A DNA stretch of 64,000 bases, taken from NCBI GenBank assembly GCA_964507345.1, contig CAZDPL010000001.1:2073-66072 (forward strand), in the 5' to 3' direction. The number at the start of each line of letters is the position of its first letter. The stretch's first letter is position 1. Positions 60,408 to 64,000 of the stretch are shown here, in pieces. The stretch comes from an uncultured Nitrososphaeria archaeon (GTDB taxonomy: Archaea; Thermoproteota; Nitrososphaeria_A; Caldarchaeales; Wolframiiraptoraceae). The notes under the pieces are model-generated. The model was not told where the DNA came from. It saw only the letters and a program-made list of their open reading frames with translations, and made no database searches. The translations under genes and the position numbers were made by a program.

Positions 60408-61764
60408 GGAGTTAAAGTCCATAGTTGGAGCAGATTGGGTGATAGCTGACAAGGAATCCATAGCGGGCTACCTATATGATGAAACTCCCCTACCGCTTAG
60501 ACCTAAGGCTAGCGAAGACGTCGTGGTTGTTAAGCCGAAAAACGCGGAGGAAGTATCCAAGATAATGAAGCTCGCGAACGAATACAAGATCCCGGTCTTT
60601 CCAAGAGGAGGAGGCACGGGGCTAGTTGGAGCATGTGTGCCGACGATGAATGGAATAATCTTATCCCTAGAGCGCATGAACGAGATAAAAGTAGATGCTG
60701 AAAACTTGATAGCAGAAGCTGGCGCAGGAGCGACTTTGCGAGATTTAATCGACGCCGCTGAAAAAGCTGGACTATCTTTTCCACTCCATCCAGGAGATGA
60801 AGGAGCTCAAATAGGCGGTTTGATTGCCTGTAACGCAGGTGGAGCTAGGGCGATTAAGACTGGTATAATGAGAAACTGCGTCAAAGGAATAGAAGTTGTT
60901 CTCCCGACAGGCGAAATCCTGACACTCGGCGGGAAGATTTTGAAGAATAATGCTGGCTATGATCTAATGCACTTAATCATCGGAAGCGAAGGAACCCTAG
61001 GAATAATAACGAAAGCATGGATAAGGCTGCAGCCGAGAGAAATGGCCTCCGCGACGATAATCGTTCCCTTCGATTCCAGAGAAAAGGCGTTAGCACTCGT
61101 TCCGAAAATCTTTCAGGAAGGACTTATCCCACTAGCCATCGAGTACGTTGAGAAAAATTTAGTTGAGCAAGTGGCTGAAAAACTAGGCTTAACATGGCCC
61201 TGTAACTCAGCCGAATACCAGCTAATGATAATCCTATCTGAGCCGAGCGAAGAAACTCTCCTAACCGGATTGGAAAAACTTCTGGATCTTTGCGAGAAGA
61301 TGGGCGCCAAGGAACCTGTTGTGGCGCAAACTAGGAAGGAACAAGAAGAGATTCTCAAGATTAGGAGCGAAATATATTCGACCCTAAAGCCGAACATGGT
61401 GGACATCCTCGATACAACGGTTCCTCCCGCAAAACTCGTCGAACTAATAAAGACTGTAAATGAGCTGGAGGCAAAATACGGCGTCTACATACCGACATAC
61501 GGGCATGCAGGAGACGGCAACCTCCATCTTCACCTCATGAAATGGAATGGATGGACTGAGGATAAATATGATGAACTTCGCAGCATAATCTATCAGAAAA
61601 CGATAGAGCTCGGCGGAACCATAACTGGAGAACATGGGATAGGCTACCTTAGAAAGAAGTATCTGACCAAGTATCTCGGTGAAAAAACAGTCGAACTAAT
61701 GAGAGAGATCAAGAAAGCCTTCGATCCTAATAACGTGCTCAACCCGGACAAAGTTCTTCCTTAA
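60388..61764 (+). CDS. FAD-linked 2-hydroxyacid oxidoreductase (GlcD / D-lactate dehydrogenase LctD-like)
   Basis: PRGGGTGL, NAGG, GYDL, GSEGTLGII, GHAGDGNLH, GEHGIG, LNP. Confidence 0.9.
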   Translation: MESKVLEELKSIVGADWVIADKESIAGYLYDETPLPLRPKASEDVVVVKPKNAEEVSKIMKLANEYKIPVFPRGGGTGLVGACVPTMNGIILSLERMNEIKVDAENLIAEAGAGATLRDLIDAAEKAGLSFPLHPGDEGAQIGGLIACNAGGARAIKTGIMRNCVKGIEVVLPTGEILTLGGKILKNNAGYDLMHLIIGSEGTLGIITKAWIRLQPREMASATIIVPFDSREKALALVPKIFQEGLIPLAIEYVEKNLVEQVAEKLGLTWPCNSAEYQLMIILSEPSEETLLTGLEKLLDLCEKMGAKEPVVAQTRKEQEEILKIRSEIYSTLKPNMVDILDTTVPPAKLVELIKTVNELEAKYGVYIPTYGHAGDGNLHLHLMKWNGWTEDKYDELRSIIYQKTIELGGTITGEHGIGYLRKKYLTKYLGEKTVELMREIKKAFDPNNVLNPDKVLP

Positions 61765-61827
61765 ATGCGGTACACTTCTCGGCTTCCCACGATATCGTTT
61801 TAACCTATTTTTTCAAATTATTCGGTA

Positions 61828-63138
61828 ATGTTTGGTGAACGTTATGCGAGTAGGACGCCGAGGTGTAGGAGCTTCTTCGAGGAAGCGAGGAAAGTTCTCC
61901 CGGGAGGAGTATCGTATTCAATAAGATATTTCGATCCTTATCCGATTTACGTTTCGAAAGCGAGGGGGCAAAAGATTTGGGATATTGATGGAAACGAGTA
62001 TACGGATTATTGGATAGGCCATGGCGCCTTGATTATGGGTCATAGCTATCCGCCCGTGATAGAGGCTGTTAAGGAGCAATTCGAAGAATACCTCCACGTG
62101 GGTTTTCCCCATGAATGGGAGGTCAGGCTCGCGAAGCAGGTTATAAAAATGGTTGACAGCGTTAAGCTTTTCAGATTCACGAATAGCGGAACCGAGGCAG
62201 CTATGTATTCGACGAGGCTTGCGAGAGCATTCACAAAAAAGAAATTCATCGGTAAGTTCGAGGGAGGCTGGCACGGCGGATATGATTGCTTGCACATCGG
62301 CGTTTATCCGCCATATGACGCTCCGGGAAGCCTTGGAATATTGGATGAGTGTTTGAAGTATACGTTAGTTTTGCCGTATAACGATTTGGAGGGCGTTAGA
62401 CAAAAGGTAAAGGGCGTAGATTTAGCTGCGATAATAGTTGAGCCCGTGCTGGGTGCGGGCGGCTCAATACCAGCTGAAAGGGATTTTCTGAAAGGTTTGC
62501 GGGAACTTTGCGACGAAATGGATGCGCTACTAATCTTCGATGAAGTGATCACAGGCTTTAGGCTATCACCTGGAGGAGCTCAAAAACTCTACGGAGTAAC
62601 CCCTGATCTAACAGTTTTCGGAAAGATTCTCGGAGGAGGCGAATTCCCAGTTGGAGGATTCGGCGGACGCGAAGACATAATGGAGCTCCTCGATCAATTG
62701 AAATATCCAGAAGCACATGAAAGAGCCTTCCAAGGAGGAACATTCGCCGCGAACCCGATAACGACTAGGGCCGGATACACTCTACTAAAAGAACTGGATG
62801 AAAATCCCGGGATCTATCAGAAGATAAATTCTCTGGGAGAGAAGGCGATGAAGGAGATCGAAGACCTATTCCAAAGATATGATTTCAAAGCACACGTAAC
62901 GGGAATCGGATCCATGTTCGGAATACATTTTACACCGGAAAAGCCTAAGGACGCGAGGGCGGCTCAGACGCTCAAGGATCAGAAATTGGCAGAATCCTTC
63001 TTTAAGCATATGCTGGATAACGGGGTGTTATACATGACTCAAAGCATGCCGCATCTCTACGTTTCAGCAGCACATACAAGCGAAGACATAGACAACCTCG
63101 TATCATTCGTCGAAGACTTCATTCGAAAAACCCGCTAA
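61828..63138 (+). CDS. Class III PLP aminotransferase (glutamate-1-semialdehyde aminomutase-like)
   Basis: PGGVS, NSGTEA, FEGGWHG, FDEVITGFR, FGKILGGG, GGTF. Confidence 0.88.
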   Translation: MFGERYASRTPRCRSFFEEARKVLPGGVSYSIRYFDPYPIYVSKARGQKIWDIDGNEYTDYWIGHGALIMGHSYPPVIEAVKEQFEEYLHVGFPHEWEVRLAKQVIKMVDSVKLFRFTNSGTEAAMYSTRLARAFTKKKFIGKFEGGWHGGYDCLHIGVYPPYDAPGSLGILDECLKYTLVLPYNDLEGVRQKVKGVDLAAIIVEPVLGAGGSIPAERDFLKGLRELCDEMDALLIFDEVITGFRLSPGGAQKLYGVTPDLTVFGKILGGGEFPVGGFGGREDIMELLDQLKYPEAHERAFQGGTFAANPITTRAGYTLLKELDENPGIYQKINSLGEKAMKEIEDLFQRYDFKAHVTGIGSMFGIHFTPEKPKDARAAQTLKDQKLAESFFKHMLDNGVLYMTQSMPHLYVSAAHTSEDIDNLVSFVEDFIRKTR

Positions 63139-63147
63139 CTTTCAAAA

Positions 63148-63999
63148 TCATTCTCTCATGTATGGTCTAAGTATTGCTCGCGGCGCTCTGGACTTCTTTC
63201 CTAGGATTGCTGAAAGAGCGACCGTTAATATGTATGGGATTGATTGGAAGAATTGATATGGTATCTGGACGACTACGGTTACGAGCCAAGCCTGCAAAGC
63301 GTTTAGGAATCCGAAGAATAGGCATGCCGCCCAAATCCAAGCCGGCTCCCAGTTTCCTAGAACAACGAGGGCCATGGCTATCCAGCTCCACTCTCCTCCC
63401 ACGTTTAAGTTAAACGATCTCAAATCCACAAGCGAGTAGAAAGCTCCTCCAATAGCCATTAAAGCTCCTCCAATTATGGTTGCTGCATATCTCGCGGCAT
63501 GAACTCTGACGAGGGAAGCGTCTGCCGCTCTCGGATTCTCTCCAACGGACTTGATTATGAGACCCCACTTAGTCTTAGTTAGAATGAATGCCAGAACGAC
63601 TGGAAGAACATATACGCCGATATAGACGTAGGGGTTCTGAGAGAATAGCGGCCCTATGAATGGAAGGTTTGCTAATGGTCCAAGTTTAAGAGTTGGGGTC
63701 GATGGCACGGTTGGCTCGACCAGCGGCGACCCTATCAAGACCCTATGTATGAAGTATGTCAAGTTCATGGCGTAGAAGGTTACCGCTATTCCTGCGATAT
63801 GCTGCTGATTTCCAAGGCTCACGACCAGGAATGCGTGAAGCAATCCAAACAATGCTCCTATTAATGCTGCGGCAAGCACTCCAATCAATATGTTTCCTGA
63901 GAAGTATGCTGCCATAAATCCCCAACCAGCTCCAGCAATCATTATTCCTAAAATCCCCAGGTTTATGACCCCGGATTTTTCTGTGAGCATCTCTCCGAA
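63148..63999 (-). CDS. Nucleoside/sugar ABC transporter permease, 5' end outside the window
   Basis: FGEMLTEKSGVINLG, SVGENP.AA, WIAMALV.LG.W, PYILT...AP.A...PY.RE. Confidence 0.9.
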   Translation of the reverse strand, partial: FGEMLTEKSGVINLGILGIMIAGAGWGFMAAYFSGNILIGVLAAALIGALFGLLHAFLVVSLGNQQHIAGIAVTFYAMNLTYFIHRVLIGSPLVEPTVPSTPTLKLGPLANLPFIGPLFSQNPYVYIGVYVLPVVLAFILTKTKWGLIIKSVGENPRAADASLVRVHAARYAATIIGGALMAIGGAFYSLVDLRSFNLNVGGEWSWIAMALVVLGNWEPAWIWAACLFFGFLNALQAWLVTVVVQIPYQFFQSIPYILTVALSAILGKKSRAPRAILRPYMRE

Positions 64000-64000
64000 G

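Noticed and set aside
1..64000. CRISPR arrays, transposases, integrases, rRNA genes, selenocysteine or pyrrolysine read-through
   Set aside because: No periodic repeats, recombinase motifs, rRNA-length non-coding regions or interrupted conserved ORFs seen by eye

Overview
A gene-dense (~46% GC) archaeal chromosomal segment. The gene set (thermosome, prefoldin, aIF2beta, Rpo6, TFEalpha, aTrm56, Alba, L40e, proteasome beta, Dph5-DUF357 fusion, class II HMG-CoA reductase, TupABC) suggests a thermophilic TACK archaeon, possibly of the Aigarchaeota/Caldarchaeales type; that placement is inference. Most of the window is housekeeping. It holds a complete ilvD/ilvBHC-leuCDB-leuA cluster interrupted by a tungstate ABC transporter, an ECF transporter with a purine phosphoribosyltransferase, a MacB/LolD-type ABC exporter with a COG1361 surface protein, two tRNA-Val genes, and, after tRNA-Val(GAC), an EtfBA plus GlcD/LctD-like module. 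Missed by the ORF track: a partial CinA-like gene, a 46-aa CdrS-like ribbon-helix-helix gene, rpl40e, both tRNAs and two box C/D guide sRNAs. The least explained elements are (i) a GC-rich standalone unit at ~4120-4430 whose 5' and 3' UTRs can base-pair around a 63-aa two-TM ORF, resembling type I toxin mRNA architecture, (ii) a ~150-nt multibranched fold-back element after rtcA, (iii) a ModE-like palindrome over the tup promoter, and (iv) a possible -1 frameshift at the start of rpoK. No CRISPR array, transposase or integrase was seen. All family assignments come from motif recognition, not database searches.
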